In this document: in pieces, positions 30,781 to 42,036 of the stretch
How positions within the stretch are numbered: position 1 is the first letter of the stretch
How the letters are laid out: each line of letters begins with the position of its first letter
Translations under genes and position numbers: made by a program
Sequence record: NC_028925.1
Length of the DNA stretch: 64,000 nucleotides
DNA from: Escherichia phage vB_EcoM_VR25
Direction: 5' to 3' (one strand)
The notes under the pieces: generated by a model
Told to the model about the DNA's origin: nothing
Seen by the model: the letters and a program-made list of their open reading frames with translations, nothing else
Database searches by the model: none

Positions 30781-31074
30781 TCAATCATGACAACGCTCCT
30801 CTTTTAGTTCAGAACGATAATAACATAACATACCTTTTTGGTCATGTACATATCTTTTTACATCATTCATCCAAATCCGGAATTCTTGCGATGCTTCAAA
30901 AGGCATACCAACCCATGGTTGACCGTCAATTACCTTCACTTCCCATTGCTGACGGTATTCCATTAATGTCTGTGGCCAATTAGGATGAACTTGAATTGTG
31001 GGCTCCACAACGGGCTTCTGGGCGCATGAAACAAGTCCAATAGCCAAACATACTGCCATGATAGATTTCATCAT
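30781..31074 (-). CDS. o-spanin (outer-membrane lipoprotein spanin subunit)
   Basis: 97 aa; lipoprotein-type signal MMKSIMAVCLAIGLVSCAQ; immediately downstream of i-spanin-like gene with 4-nt overlap; T4 pseT.2-equivalent position. Confidence 0.6.
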   Translation of the reverse strand: MMKSIMAVCLAIGLVSCAQKPVVEPTIQVHPNWPQTLMEYRQQWEVKVIDGQPWVGMPFEASQEFRIWMNDVKRYVHDQKGMLCYYRSELKEERCHD

Positions 31075-31424
31075 TTGGTGAGCTCCTGGAAGTCCTGGGC
31101 GAACTTATCAAATGACTGGTTAATTTGTTTTTCAACTAATTTAGGCTTAGCTGCCACAACCTTAGTACGTTTTGCATCTGCACGAAGTTTATCATTTTCC
31201 TTCTGCAGAAGTTCAACATATTCCTGGCGCTCCTGGTCAAGGAGATTAATTTGATTGACCTGGTCTTTTATTGATTGCAGATTTTTCGCGTTATCTTCTG
31301 CAACTTTGGTGACCGCAGCCACCTCTGTCTTGAGATTATCCACTTTTGCTTTTAGATAGAAACCACTACCAGCAGTTACTACCAGGGCGAGCATAAGCCC
31401 CGCAGTGATATTACTTATTTGCAT
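31071..31424 (-). CDS. i-spanin (inner-membrane spanin subunit)
   Basis: 117 aa; N-terminal TM helix (ITAGLMLALVVTAGSGFYL) then coiled-coil-like periplasmic part; T4 pseT.3-equivalent position. Confidence 0.6.
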   Translation of the reverse strand: MQISNITAGLMLALVVTAGSGFYLKAKVDNLKTEVAAVTKVAEDNAKNLQSIKDQVNQINLLDQERQEYVELLQKENDKLRADAKRTKVVAAKPKLVEKQINQSFDKFAQDFQELTK

Positions 31425-31918
31425 AACTTGATGATTACCTCAACAATATCATCCTGGGATAAACCATTCAGGAGGATGTGATTTGTACTGTCAGATGCTG
31501 AAATGCGGAACTGATTACCAACTTCATCCGCCATATCATCCTGGGTTAACACTGGGTGCTTAATTCCCAGGCGGTGTTGAAGTGTCAGGGGTTCAACCAC
31601 AACATAACAAACACATCCATTGATATGCACATTAGGTTGGGTCTGATTGATGAACACTTCTGCATCATATTTAACCAAATGGTTCTTTAAGAAGTCAACC
31701 ATTTCAGGAACAGATTCATGAAGGGCTTCTTTCCGCTCTTCTGATTTCTTATTGCGATATTCCTTCTGTTTGGTCTTCAACTTATTATCAGACGCCAGTT
31801 TCTTTCTTAAGTCAGTAAGGAACCCAACATTTTTGGAACCTTTATAAACATAGATTCCGTCATGGCGGTCACCATATACATCAACAATCATATCATTTGA
31901 AATCAGTTGCATATTCAT
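31415..31918 (-). CDS. hypothetical protein at the T4 alc position (167 aa from MNMQLIS)
   Basis: ORF 31415..32017 with start probably at internal Met; size equals remembered T4 Alc (167 aa) but sequence identity not verifiable by eye. Confidence 0.45.
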   Translation of the reverse strand: MNMQLISNDMIVDVYGDRHDGIYVYKGSKNVGFLTDLRKKLASDNKLKTKQKEYRNKKSEERKEALHESVPEMVDFLKNHLVKYDAEVFINQTQPNVHINGCVCYVVVEPLTLQHRLGIKHPVLTQDDMADEVGNQFRISASDSTNHILLNGLSQDDIVEVIIKLCK

Positions 31919-31928
31919 AATATTTTCC

Positions 31929-32162
31929 TCAATAGCGGTTATAACCTCTAGGACCAAAAGAGTTTGCACCCAGGCGCTCATCTTTCTTTTTGGCTCTTGC
32001 TCTAAACCCAGAATCACCTGTTTGGTCTTTCAGTTCTTTTAACAATTTGGCCTTCAGGTCAGTAATGAAACCAATCCGGCGGTCTCCCTTGTAGACATAG
32101 ATTCCATCATTTCTGTCACCATATGCCTTTGTAACTCTGTCATTTGAAATTAAGTTTAACAT
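31929..32162 (-). CDS. short paralog of the N-terminal ~40 aa of the alc-position protein
   Basis: ORF 31929..32195; LISNDRVTKAYGDRNDGIYVYKGDRRIGFITDLKAKL aligns with LISNDMIVDVYGDRHDGIYVYKGSKNVGFLTDLRKKL of the next gene. Confidence 0.4.
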   Translation of the reverse strand: MLNLISNDRVTKAYGDRNDGIYVYKGDRRIGFITDLKAKLLKELKDQTGDSGFRARAKKKDERLGANSFGPRGYNRY

Positions 32163-32232
32163 GTTTTGGTCCTCATCAGTAGTTGATGGAACCATTATGT
32201 ATAGAAAGAAGGGGCTTGTACACCCCTTTTTA

Positions 32233-33369
32233 TTATTCAGGCATGATTACATCCGCTTGGTAGTCCGCTGGGATGTAAAGTTTATGATTTTTAAGGAAAA
32301 CATTATTGATTTGAGCGATAGTTTGCTCTGTTTCCTGGGGACGTTGATATGTGTTCATTAATACAGAGAACAAACCCGGATATGGTTTACACAGTTCTTG
32401 ACCTTTAATCGCAAACTCGCGTCGGTCTTTTCCTGCCAACTGTTTCTGGGCATCAAGCAACAGTCCCAGGGTATTGGACAGATAATCCAGATGGGTCAAA
32501 GTAAAGGCATTAACTTTTTCACGAGCATAATCATCGCCAGTAAACATGGCAATAACATCATCTGCACCGCCTGCAACAACAACTTCAAAAAGACGCTGGT
32601 TATTGTTAACAGAATCCTTTGTATGGTGTAAAGCACAATACCATTCTGTCTTAACTTTAAATTTGCGACCATCGACCAGCTCATAGACAAAGCCTTCAAT
32701 CTCTTTCATATCACGGACGTTTTCAATTGTAGCCGGGTCATATGCTTCAACCAGGAATGGACGAAGCGCTGCATCTTTAAACAAATCCTGATAAGGGATA
32801 TATTCACCAGTTTCATTATGGCGAACGTTCAGTAAAATCAGGTCACGTTCCTGGTAAGGCAAAACAATGCGGTTGGTTGGTGCAACATATTCCATATTGC
32901 ATGTATAACCAGCTTCAGTAATTTCAGTTACACGCTCACGGAAAGCTATACGGTGTTCTTGTTTGAATACCTGCAGGGCTTCTGCTGCCTGGGAGCTTTT
33001 GATTGACCCTTTGGATTTAAAAGCAATATTGGTCTGGTCCATATAAGTGGAGACAAGAGAGCCATCAGCCTTGGTCATGACCAGCGCAACTTCATCCATA
33101 TTGATATTCATGGTCAACGGATTTTCGCCCAAGTTAAAGAACTTTTCCATAGGACGAGCCGCAATACGAACTGGACCATCTGCATCCATTTCAAACATAA
33201 TGCCGCGACATTCAAGTGCATCATCAAGGAGCCAATCACTATAGGAAGCATAGTTATAGCTAAAGATACGGAACTTAGTTTCAAATGGAGAAACGAAATC
33301 AGTATAGAAAAACTTACCTTTTTCAGATTCAGCGCACAGCTTCATTAAGTTGTCATATAATTCAATCAT
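32233..33369 (-). CDS. rnlA: RNA ligase 1 (Rnl1)
   Basis: 378 aa; KxDG adenylation motif (MTKADGSL); size and synteny. Confidence 0.85.
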   Translation of the reverse strand: MIELYDNLMKLCAESEKGKFFYTDFVSPFETKFRIFSYNYASYSDWLLDDALECRGIMFEMDADGPVRIAARPMEKFFNLGENPLTMNINMDEVALVMTKADGSLVSTYMDQTNIAFKSKGSIKSSQAAEALQVFKQEHRIAFRERVTEITEAGYTCNMEYVAPTNRIVLPYQERDLILLNVRHNETGEYIPYQDLFKDAALRPFLVEAYDPATIENVRDMKEIEGFVYELVDGRKFKVKTEWYCALHHTKDSVNNNQRLFEVVVAGGADDVIAMFTGDDYAREKVNAFTLTHLDYLSNTLGLLLDAQKQLAGKDRREFAIKGQELCKPYPGLFSVLMNTYQRPQETEQTIAQINNVFLKNHKLYIPADYQADVIMPE

Positions 33370-33782
33370 TTCTTCACCTTATGTTGGTAGTTCCACGGGG
33401 GATTAAAAAGCTTTATGAACATCGGCTCTTCCAGAGACATAGTTTCGACTGACATCGTACCAAGCTCATTGGTCATTGACAGATTGAAACATTGTCGTGC
33501 ATAGAATACCACCTTTTTACCTGCTTGTAAAGCCTCATGAATCATCCGGGATTTGTTTGAATCACTCGTTTGTTCTATACGATTGATTGCAGTCCGGTAA
33601 TAATTGATTCGCTTCTTCAGGTTGTTCGTCTTACCAATATACACTAGTTCGTCGTCAACTGAAATAGCGTAGATAACATTTTTCTTGTTCGCGAGTGTAA
33701 GGGTAGGGATTTTACCATCGACTAACTCTAACTCCGCATATTTTATAAAACTGTATTCGTCAGCGATTTGTTTCATAGACAA
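33366..33782 (-). CDS. denA: endonuclease II (GIY-YIG family)
   Basis: 138 aa; GIY-YIG-like core VIYAISVDDELVYIGKT; position between rnlA and nrdB as in T4. Confidence 0.7.
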   Translation of the reverse strand: MSMKQIADEYSFIKYAELELVDGKIPTLTLANKKNVIYAISVDDELVYIGKTNNLKKRINYYRTAINRIEQTSDSNKSRMIHEALQAGKKVVFYARQCFNLSMTNELGTMSVETMSLEEPMFIKLFNPPWNYQHKVKK

Positions 33783-33785
33783 AAA

Positions 33786-33797
33786 GGGCCGAAGCCC
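33786..33797 (-). terminator. hairpin terminator after nrdB
   Basis: gggccgaagccc followed by TTTTTG on minus strand. Confidence 0.5.
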
Positions 33798-33802
33798 TTT
33801 CC

Positions 33803-34981
33803 TTATAGATATTTACGGAAACCAGCAAGAACATTCTCATCGACGTCATTGTCAATCTGGGCTACCAGGTAAGCGGACAACTCAACTTCTTGTGGCGCAG
33901 ATTGCACATTATCAGAATTGAGATATTCGCGAATCCATGGAATCGGGTGCTTAGTAGATTCTAACACGATTTCACAAGGGAGACCGCATTGCTTCATACG
34001 AGAAACTGTCAGGTAATCGATGAACCGGTTAAGAATCTCGACGCTCAGCCCGGGGAGTCCACCATCTTTAAACAGATGCACAGCCCATTCTTTTTCCTGG
34101 CGATTGACTTCCATGAAAATAGCTGCGGCTTCTGCTTCACATTCTTGAGCGATTTTAACCCATTCATCACCGTCAACACCAGTCTGCAGCTGACGAAGAA
34201 TATATTGGGTCCCCTTAAGGTGAAGCTGTTCATCACGGGCGATGAACTTCATTATCTTCGCATTGCCTTCCATGATTTCCATGTTCTTATGGAAGTTGAA
34301 AGTACAAGCAAAAGATACATAAAAACGAATTGCTTCCAGGGCGTTAATGACATGCAGGCAGAGATAAAGAGATTTCATCAATGCTCGTTTGGCAATAGCT
34401 TCTTGTTTGATAGCTCGTTCCAAACGTTGGTCCACTTCGGGAGTTTCTTTGGCCAGTTCAACAAAAGCAATCTGGTTTTGCCATTGACGAGTTTTATTCA
34501 GAACATCATCATAGTAATAGCCAATTGATTCGGCTCGCTTCATGATTGCATCATCTAACAGGATTTCGTCGAATACCTTCGCCGGGTCTGTATAGAGATT
34601 TCGCATGATGTGTGTATAAGAACGAGAGTGAATTGTCTCGCTGAATGTCCAGGTCTGAATCCATGTATCAAGACTCGGGTCAGAAACTAATGCGGCTAAT
34701 GCTGCAGCTGGAGCACGACCCTGGATACTATCCAGAAGTGATTGGTACTTCAGGTTATTGGTAAAAATATTTTGTTGATGTTCAGGAAGCTTATTAAATT
34801 GAGCTCCGTCCATCATCAAGTTTACTTCCTCGGGCCGCCAGAAAAATGATAATTGCTTTTCTGTTAATTCTTCAAAAACTTTATGACGCTGGATATCATA
34901 ACGAGCGATGCCCAATCCTGAACCAAAAAACATCGGCTCGGCTAAAACATCCACCGGAGTGGTATTAAAAACTGTACTCAT
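33803..34981 (-). CDS. nrdB: ribonucleotide reductase small subunit (class Ia, R2)
   Basis: 392 aa uninterrupted ORF; ferritin-like R2 fold elements; synteny with nrdA. Confidence 0.9.
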   Translation of the reverse strand: MSTVFNTTPVDVLAEPMFFGSGLGIARYDIQRHKVFEELTEKQLSFFWRPEEVNLMMDGAQFNKLPEHQQNIFTNNLKYQSLLDSIQGRAPAAALAALVSDPSLDTWIQTWTFSETIHSRSYTHIMRNLYTDPAKVFDEILLDDAIMKRAESIGYYYDDVLNKTRQWQNQIAFVELAKETPEVDQRLERAIKQEAIAKRALMKSLYLCLHVINALEAIRFYVSFACTFNFHKNMEIMEGNAKIMKFIARDEQLHLKGTQYILRQLQTGVDGDEWVKIAQECEAEAAAIFMEVNRQEKEWAVHLFKDGGLPGLSVEILNRFIDYLTVSRMKQCGLPCEIVLESTKHPIPWIREYLNSDNVQSAPQEVELSAYLVAQIDNDVDENVLAGFRKYL

Positions 34982-35019
34982 TTTATTTCCTCAATAGCTC
35001 ATCCATGAGCATAATTATA

Positions 35020-37275
35020 TCAAAGTTTACAGGCGGAGCAGTCTTCTGCTTTAGGAGCTTCGATTTCGTAATCGTCTGTTCCGGAACCGTCTCTAGTGTT
35101 ATGATAATAAAGGTTTTTTCCACCAAAATACCAGAAGTACATCAAGTCGTCAAGCATAACTGACATCGGAACTTTTCCTTTCGGAAAAATCTGCGGGTCA
35201 TAGTATGTGTTTGCTGAAGCTGATTGACATACCCATTTCAACATAATAGCTACCATCGTAAGATAAGGTTTATTACCTTTCTTAGCTAGCACCCATGCAT
35301 AATCGTACAACCCTATGTTGTGCTCAATATTGGGCACGACTTGATTAAAGGAACCCTCTTTTGACTCTTTAATAGAGACTGGTCCACGCGGAGGTTCGAT
35401 ACCGTTTGTACTGTTAGAAACTTGGGAAGATGACTCACACGGCATAAGTGCTGATAATGTGCTATTACGGATGCCGTGTGCAACCAGGTCTTCCCGCAAC
35501 TGCGCCCAGTCACAAACGTAGTTTGGAGCTGCGATTTGGTCAATCTTTTTATTGTACCAGTCGATAGGTAATTCGCCTCGAGCCCAACGAGTGTCTGAAT
35601 AATATTCGCAAGGTCCTTTTTCTTTGGCGAGCTTGATTGATGCTCGGATAAGGCCATATTGTAATCTCTCAAATAATTCATGGGTTAAATCGTTTGCATC
35701 AGCGTAAGAAGCGAAATTGCTTGCCAGCCATGCAGCATAGTTAGTAACCCCAACACCCAGGTTGCGACGCTTTTTGGCTTTCAGAGCTTCTTTAACCGGA
35801 TAACCCTGGTAGTCCAACAGATTATCAAGAGCACGAACTTGAACTTCGGCCAGCTCGTTAATCTTATCTTGGTCCTGCCAGTCAAAACTATCCAGAACAA
35901 ATGCAGACAATGTGCACAATCCGATTTCAGCGTCTTCGCTGTTTACATCAGTAGTCGGGATTGCAATTTCACAACAAAGGTTCGATTGGCGAATCGGAGC
36001 CTTATCGCGGATGAACGGAGTATAGTCATTCACGTTATCAACGAACTGTGGATAAACTCGGGCAGTGCCGGAACGTTCGGTCATGAATAATTCGAACAGG
36101 TCTTTTGCTTTGATGCGCTTCTTACGAACTGTCGGGTCTTTTTCCAAGGCTTCGTATAACTCACGGAATTTATCCGGGTTATCAAAATATGAATAATACA
36201 ATTCACCACCGGCTTCGTGTGGACTAAACAGAGTGATGTAATCATTCTTAGCCAGTCGTTCCATCATCAGGTTATTAAGCTGGACACCATAGTCCATATG
36301 TCTGATACGGTTTTCTTCAACGCCCTTGTTGTTCTTCAGAACGAGTAAATTTTCAACTTCCAAATGCCATAAAGGATAATAAGCAGTAGCAGCGCCGCCA
36401 CGGATTCCACCTTGTGAACAGGATTTAACAGCCGTTTGGAAATGTTTCCAGAACGGAATAACACCAGTATGGCGAACTTCACCCATACCGATTTTCGAAC
36501 CTTCAGCACGAATCATACCAACGTTGATGCCGATACCCGCACGCTTACTGATATATTCGATGATTGAATTGGCCGTCTTATTAATTGACTTCAGGGAGTC
36601 AGCAGCTTCGATAACCACACAGGAACTGAACTGCCTGGTAGGTGTTCTGGCGCCCGCCATGATGGGCGTGGGCAACGAAACCTGTCTTGTGGATACTGCA
36701 TCATAAAAACGGCAAACGTGCTTCAGACGGTCCGTTGGTTCATCCTGGTGCAGTGCCATGCCGATAGCCATGATAGCGAATTGTGGAGTCTCGTAGATTT
36801 TCCCAGTGGTTTTATCTTTAACCAGGTATTTCTCTTTCAACTGCATCGCGCCTGCATAAGTCAGGTCAAAATCACGTTCGTGCTTGATACGAGATTCCAG
36901 ATAAGTAATCTCTTCGGCAGAATAGCTTGATAACAGTTCCGGGTCATATTTGCCTTCATTAACACAATAAGAAATCTGGTCAATAAAAGAACGTGGCTCG
37001 AACTGGCCATAGACATCTTTACGCAGAGCAAACATCGTAGCTTTAGCCGCAACATATTGGTAATCTGGTTCTTCAACCGAGATAAGTCCAGCAGACACTT
37101 TGATGATAACCGTCTGAATATCGCGAGTAGTCATACCATCGCGCAGATGTGGTTTGATTGTTTCGTATAATTCATACGGGTCGATATTAGTTCCTTCACA
37201 TGACCAGGAAAGAACTTTAATAATTTTCTGGCCATCAAAATCTTGAGATACGCCACTACTTTTTTGTACTTGCAT
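35020..37275 (-). CDS. nrdA: ribonucleotide reductase large subunit (class Ia, R1)
   Basis: 751 aa; N-terminal ATP-cone-like region, C-terminal Cys pair (...CSACKL); synteny. Confidence 0.9.
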   Translation of the reverse strand: MQVQKSSGVSQDFDGQKIIKVLSWSCEGTNIDPYELYETIKPHLRDGMTTRDIQTVIIKVSAGLISVEEPDYQYVAAKATMFALRKDVYGQFEPRSFIDQISYCVNEGKYDPELLSSYSAEEITYLESRIKHERDFDLTYAGAMQLKEKYLVKDKTTGKIYETPQFAIMAIGMALHQDEPTDRLKHVCRFYDAVSTRQVSLPTPIMAGARTPTRQFSSCVVIEAADSLKSINKTANSIIEYISKRAGIGINVGMIRAEGSKIGMGEVRHTGVIPFWKHFQTAVKSCSQGGIRGGAATAYYPLWHLEVENLLVLKNNKGVEENRIRHMDYGVQLNNLMMERLAKNDYITLFSPHEAGGELYYSYFDNPDKFRELYEALEKDPTVRKKRIKAKDLFELFMTERSGTARVYPQFVDNVNDYTPFIRDKAPIRQSNLCCEIAIPTTDVNSEDAEIGLCTLSAFVLDSFDWQDQDKINELAEVQVRALDNLLDYQGYPVKEALKAKKRRNLGVGVTNYAAWLASNFASYADANDLTHELFERLQYGLIRASIKLAKEKGPCEYYSDTRWARGELPIDWYNKKIDQIAAPNYVCDWAQLREDLVAHGIRNSTLSALMPCESSSQVSNSTNGIEPPRGPVSIKESKEGSFNQVVPNIEHNIGLYDYAWVLAKKGNKPYLTMVAIMLKWVCQSASANTYYDPQIFPKGKVPMSVMLDDLMYFWYFGGKNLYYHNTRDGSGTDDYEIEAPKAEDCSACKL

Positions 37276-37295
37276 GTTTTCCTCTGTTATAAAAT

Positions 37296-37346
37296 GGGGT
37301 CATGCTTATACTAACACATGACCCCTGGAGCGGAATCGTATTTATA
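37296..37346 (-). promoter_or_regulatory. TATAAATA box plus stem-loop upstream of nrdA
   Basis: Minus strand TATAAATA at 37339..37346; inverted repeat ggggtcatg/catgacccc at 37296..37325. Confidence 0.35.
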
Positions 37347-37406
37347 GAAGGAAGTTAAGTCCGACCATTACGACCAAAAATAAAATGCCAGCAATTTGAA
37401 TTTTCA

Positions 37407-39065
<1,659 letters not shown>

Positions 39066-39069
<4 letters not shown>

Positions 39070-39407
39070 TTTAATTCCTTAACTGCCTTTTTGATGGCAG
39101 TAAAATCTTTGCGAATATCGAGAACCAATTTGTAAAGATGTTTAATTGTATCTGTATCAAAATATGATACCGCGCAACGTGATTGGCGAATATCTTCTAA
39201 TGAATACTTGCTTTCACTTGTGCCATATCCAATGATACCACTAATGCACTTGTCATTAAGCGTATACTTCTGGGGGACATCAATAATATTTTTAGGATAG
39301 ATGTAAAGGCTCCAATCAAATTTTTGTTCAAGCGTATTAACCTTAACTTCAAGAATCAGTTCAGGATGCGCATCATCTTTAGCAAAACAAGTGTATTCAG
39401 CAAGCAT
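39066..39407 (-). CDS. hypothetical protein
   Basis: Start chosen at MLAEYTCF within ORF 39066..39644; the N-terminal 78 aa of the listed ORF overlap the next gene in another frame and look spurious. Confidence 0.45.
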
Positions 39408-39417
39408 TATATTTTCC

Positions 39418-39657
39418 TCACGCTTTCTTAGCGATTTTCCAGTCAGCTTTAAATTGGTCAACATCAGAGTGGTGAATCCAGAAACCAGATGAGCTACCAT
39501 CTTCATAAAGAGGACAACCATCACACTCATCTTTCCAACCCATTGCACACAAAGTTTCTTCTGCTTTTTCCAGAGCTTCAGGATTGTTACCTTGGATTGT
39601 GAAGTACCATTTGCCTTTAACTTCTGAATCTTTGATGCTCTCACGTTTTAATTTCAT
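39418..39657 (-). CDS. hypothetical protein
   Basis: 79 aa ORF with Cys/Trp-rich composition. Confidence 0.45.
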   Translation of the reverse strand: MKLKRESIKDSEVKGKWYFTIQGNNPEALEKAEETLCAMGWKDECDGCPLYEDGSSSGFWIHHSDVDQFKADWKIAKKA

Positions 39658-39716
39658 TTTATTCTCCTCAAGTTGATAAGGCTATAGTATCACTACCATA
39701 GCCCTGTTGTAAACAT

Positions 39717-39962
39717 TTATTTTTGAATTAAGCCCATATAAAATTCAGCATCTTCAACATGCATACCATCGCAATACTCGTCAGTCATAAAACGAGTAAG
39801 GTCTTCAAGAGGACCTTGGACTTCAATTTGGATACTGAAGAATTGAGTATCTTTGATGTAAGTCATACTCAAAGAAGGATAACGATTACGGATAACTTCA
39901 TAAGTGTATTCAAAATCAACGATATCAATATTAACTTTAGCCATTTTATTTTCCTCACTCAT
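39717..39962 (-). CDS. hypothetical protein
   Basis: 81 aa ORF preceded by promoter cassette. Confidence 0.5.
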   Translation of the reverse strand: MSEENKMAKVNIDIVDFEYTYEVIRNRYPSLSMTYIKDTQFFSIQIEVQGPLEDLTRFMTDEYCDGMHVEDAEFYMGLIQK

Positions 39963-40012
39963 TAGTTGATAGGTCTATAGTATCTCAACCATAGACATTG
40001 TACACTACTTTT

Positions 40013-40279
40013 TTAAATTTTATCAAGCCATTTGCCAAGTTTGGTCATTTCTTTAGTAGCTTTTTCCAGACTTCTGAACTTGACTAACAAAGGATAAGTA
40101 TCTACACCCATAACTAAAGTGGTTACAAGACTATGCTCGCCTACAAGCCATAGAGAATACGTTTGAACATCAAGTCCGTAATTTCGGTCTTTATGAACAC
40201 GTACACCCATCACTTCAAACTGTTCGCTGGCTTTTTCTACTGCATCCAGGAAATCATCTTTAGTCATATTAAATTCCAA
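40013..40279 (-). CDS. hypothetical protein
   Basis: 88 aa ORF preceded by promoter cassette. Confidence 0.5.
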   Translation of the reverse strand: MEFNMTKDDFLDAVEKASEQFEVMGVRVHKDRNYGLDVQTYSLWLVGEHSLVTTLVMGVDTYPLLVKFRSLEKATKEMTKLGKWLDKI

Positions 40280-40634
40280 AGGTAGCTTTAATCAGGGCAA
40301 TGACTTCAGCAGCATTTTTGTGATTGACTTGCACATGAATGGTTTGCGTGTCAACAACAGGAGCATCACCATCAACTTCCAGGAAGTGGCGGAATTCCCA
40401 TTCAGCGAGTTCAAAGTACTCATCAGCATCATCCATACTATCCAAGATGGTACCATCTTTCATTTCAACTTTTTCAACAAAATAATCGCCATCAATAAAG
40501 CACATATCCAGGACTTTGAAGGAACTGCCATGCTGTCCCATCAGCTTGACCATGCGCGAATTGTCATCAGGACTACCAGCGATGAATTGTTTTTTGGCAG
40601 CAGGGTCTAATACGTAAAATTTACCAGTTTCCAT
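40269..40634 (-). CDS. hypothetical protein (paralog family with 40700..40957 and 26868..27410)
   Basis: 121 aa; shared motifs GKFY..AKKQFIAG and GSSFKVL. Confidence 0.5.
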   Translation of the reverse strand: METGKFYVLDPAAKKQFIAGSPDDNSRMVKLMGQHGSSFKVLDMCFIDGDYFVEKVEMKDGTILDSMDDADEYFELAEWEFRHFLEVDGDAPVVDTQTIHVQVNHKNAAEVIALIKATFGI

Positions 40635-40699
40635 TTTAATTTCCTCATATTCAATTGAGGGAACATACTATCATGTTCCCATTTGTTTGTATACTACTA

Positions 40700-40957
40700 T
40701 TATACTTCGCTAAAGAATTTAAATTCGCTATCCAGAATTTCAAAACAGTTCACACCAAAATCATCACTTGATGCGATTACACCGTTAGGAAATTCAACGC
40801 AATCAACAATCAGCGTATCCATAAACTTGTTAATGCTCAGGACTTTAAAGGAACCGCCATTCTTGTTAATCAGATTAACCATATCACAATTCTTTGCATC
40901 TTCGCGCTTGTATTCGTTAATCAGATTGTTCAGAGTGTAAGTTTTAAAAGTTTGCAT
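40700..40957 (-). CDS. hypothetical protein (paralog of 40269..40634)
   Basis: 85 aa; GGSFKVL…NGVI aligns with GSSFKVL…DGTI. Confidence 0.5.
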   Translation of the reverse strand: MQTFKTYTLNNLINEYKREDAKNCDMVNLINKNGGSFKVLSINKFMDTLIVDCVEFPNGVIASSDDFGVNCFEILDSEFKFFSEV

Positions 40958-41044
40958 TTCATATCCTTTAGTGTATCAGCAGTTGATGGAATCATTATGC
41001 CTTAGCTCAAAGGACTTGTACACTACTTTTTGAAAATAAAAAAG

Positions 41045-41060
41045 GGACCCGAAGGTCCCC
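41045..41060 (-). terminator. hairpin terminator after gene 32
   Basis: gggacc ttcg ggtccc followed by TTTTTTATTTT on minus strand. Confidence 0.7.
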
Positions 41061-41065
41061 TTATA

Positions 41066-41977
41066 TTAAAGGCCAGCCAGAAGGTCGTCAAGACCATCAT
41101 CAGAAGGCTCTGGAGTGCTTGGAGCAGTCGCAGTGCGTTCAGACTTAGCAGGTTTACTGGAAGTGAAGTCTTCCATATCTTTATCAAAATCGTCCAGGTC
41201 AGCGCCCAGTTTATCAGCTTGTGCAGCAGCTTTAGAAGCAGCACCGCCGAGAGCAGCTGTACCCATTACTTTAGAGAATTTCTTCTGATTCTCTTCAAGG
41301 GATTTAAACACCAGCAATTCGTTCAGGTCAGACATTTCGTCCCAAAGTTTTTTCTGGAATGCTTCATCATTGATGCCAGCGATTTCAGACTGGTTCATGA
41401 ATTTGGAATCATCGTAGTTTTTATAACCGGAAACCATTTTAGATTTCAGTACGAAGTTCGCACCTTCAAAAGGACAAGTTACATCAATAGCTGTTTCGCC
41501 CATGTCAACATCGACTTCAACCATCTGGTTGATTTTGTCCATGATTTTCTTACCGAAGCGGTATTTGAATACTTGGCCTTCGTTAGATGGAACAGCAGGG
41601 TCTTTAATGACCAGGATGTTAGCCCAGTAAGAAGTATTACGCTTCAGTTTACGATATTCGGATTCGTTTGTATTGTACAGGTCATTCTTATTCATGTACG
41701 CACACACAGGACAGTTTTCATAGTCGCCGTGAGTAGAAGTACAGTTTTCAATATACCATTGACCAGCATTTTTAAAGCCGTGGTTAACCAACTTAATGAA
41801 CGGAGATGGATTTTCTTCATTCTTAGAAGGCAGGAAACGAATAACCGCAGAGCCGACGCCATCAGTATCTTTCAGTTTCCATTCTTTTTTATCGTCAGAA
41901 GAGAAACCAGAACCACCTTTCAGAGCATTCAGGGAAGCGGCGAGGTCAGCTGGGTTTTTACGTTTAAACATAGACAT
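41066..41977 (-). CDS. 32: single-stranded DNA-binding protein gp32
   Basis: 303 aa; matches remembered T4 gp32 along whole length (MFKRK…[10 protein letters not shown]…LVNHGFK…YWANILV…[11 protein letters not shown]…acidic C-terminal tail). Confidence 0.95.
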   Translation of the reverse strand: MSMFKRKNPADLAASLNALKGGSGFSSDDKKEWKLKDTDGVGSAVIRFLPSKNEENPSPFIKLVNHGFKNAGQWYIENCTSTHGDYENCPVCAYMNKNDLYNTNESEYRKLKRNTSYWANILVIKDPAVPSNEGQVFKYRFGKKIMDKINQMVEVDVDMGETAIDVTCPFEGANFVLKSKMVSGYKNYDDSKFMNQSEIAGINDEAFQKKLWDEMSDLNELLVFKSLEENQKKFSKVMGTAALGGAASKAAAQADKLGADLDDFDKDMEDFTSSKPAKSERTATAPSTPEPSDDGLDDLLAGL

Positions 41978-42036
41978 AGTGATTTCCTTTGATTATTTGA
42001 TTTTAACAGTTGTTTTGATTACGTATTAATTATACT

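Noticed and set aside
32205-32230. Plus-strand rho-independent terminator (ggggcttgtacacccc + T-run)
   Set aside because: The stem is part of a minus-strand promoter cassette (-35-like GTACAA inside the hairpin) and both flanking genes are minus-strand, so it is more likely a cassette stem-loop than a plus-strand terminator.
41030-41992. 320-aa plus-strand ORF
   Set aside because: Lies entirely antisense to gene 32, whose product matches T4 gp32 along its full length; no RBS and odd composition, so a spurious antisense frame.
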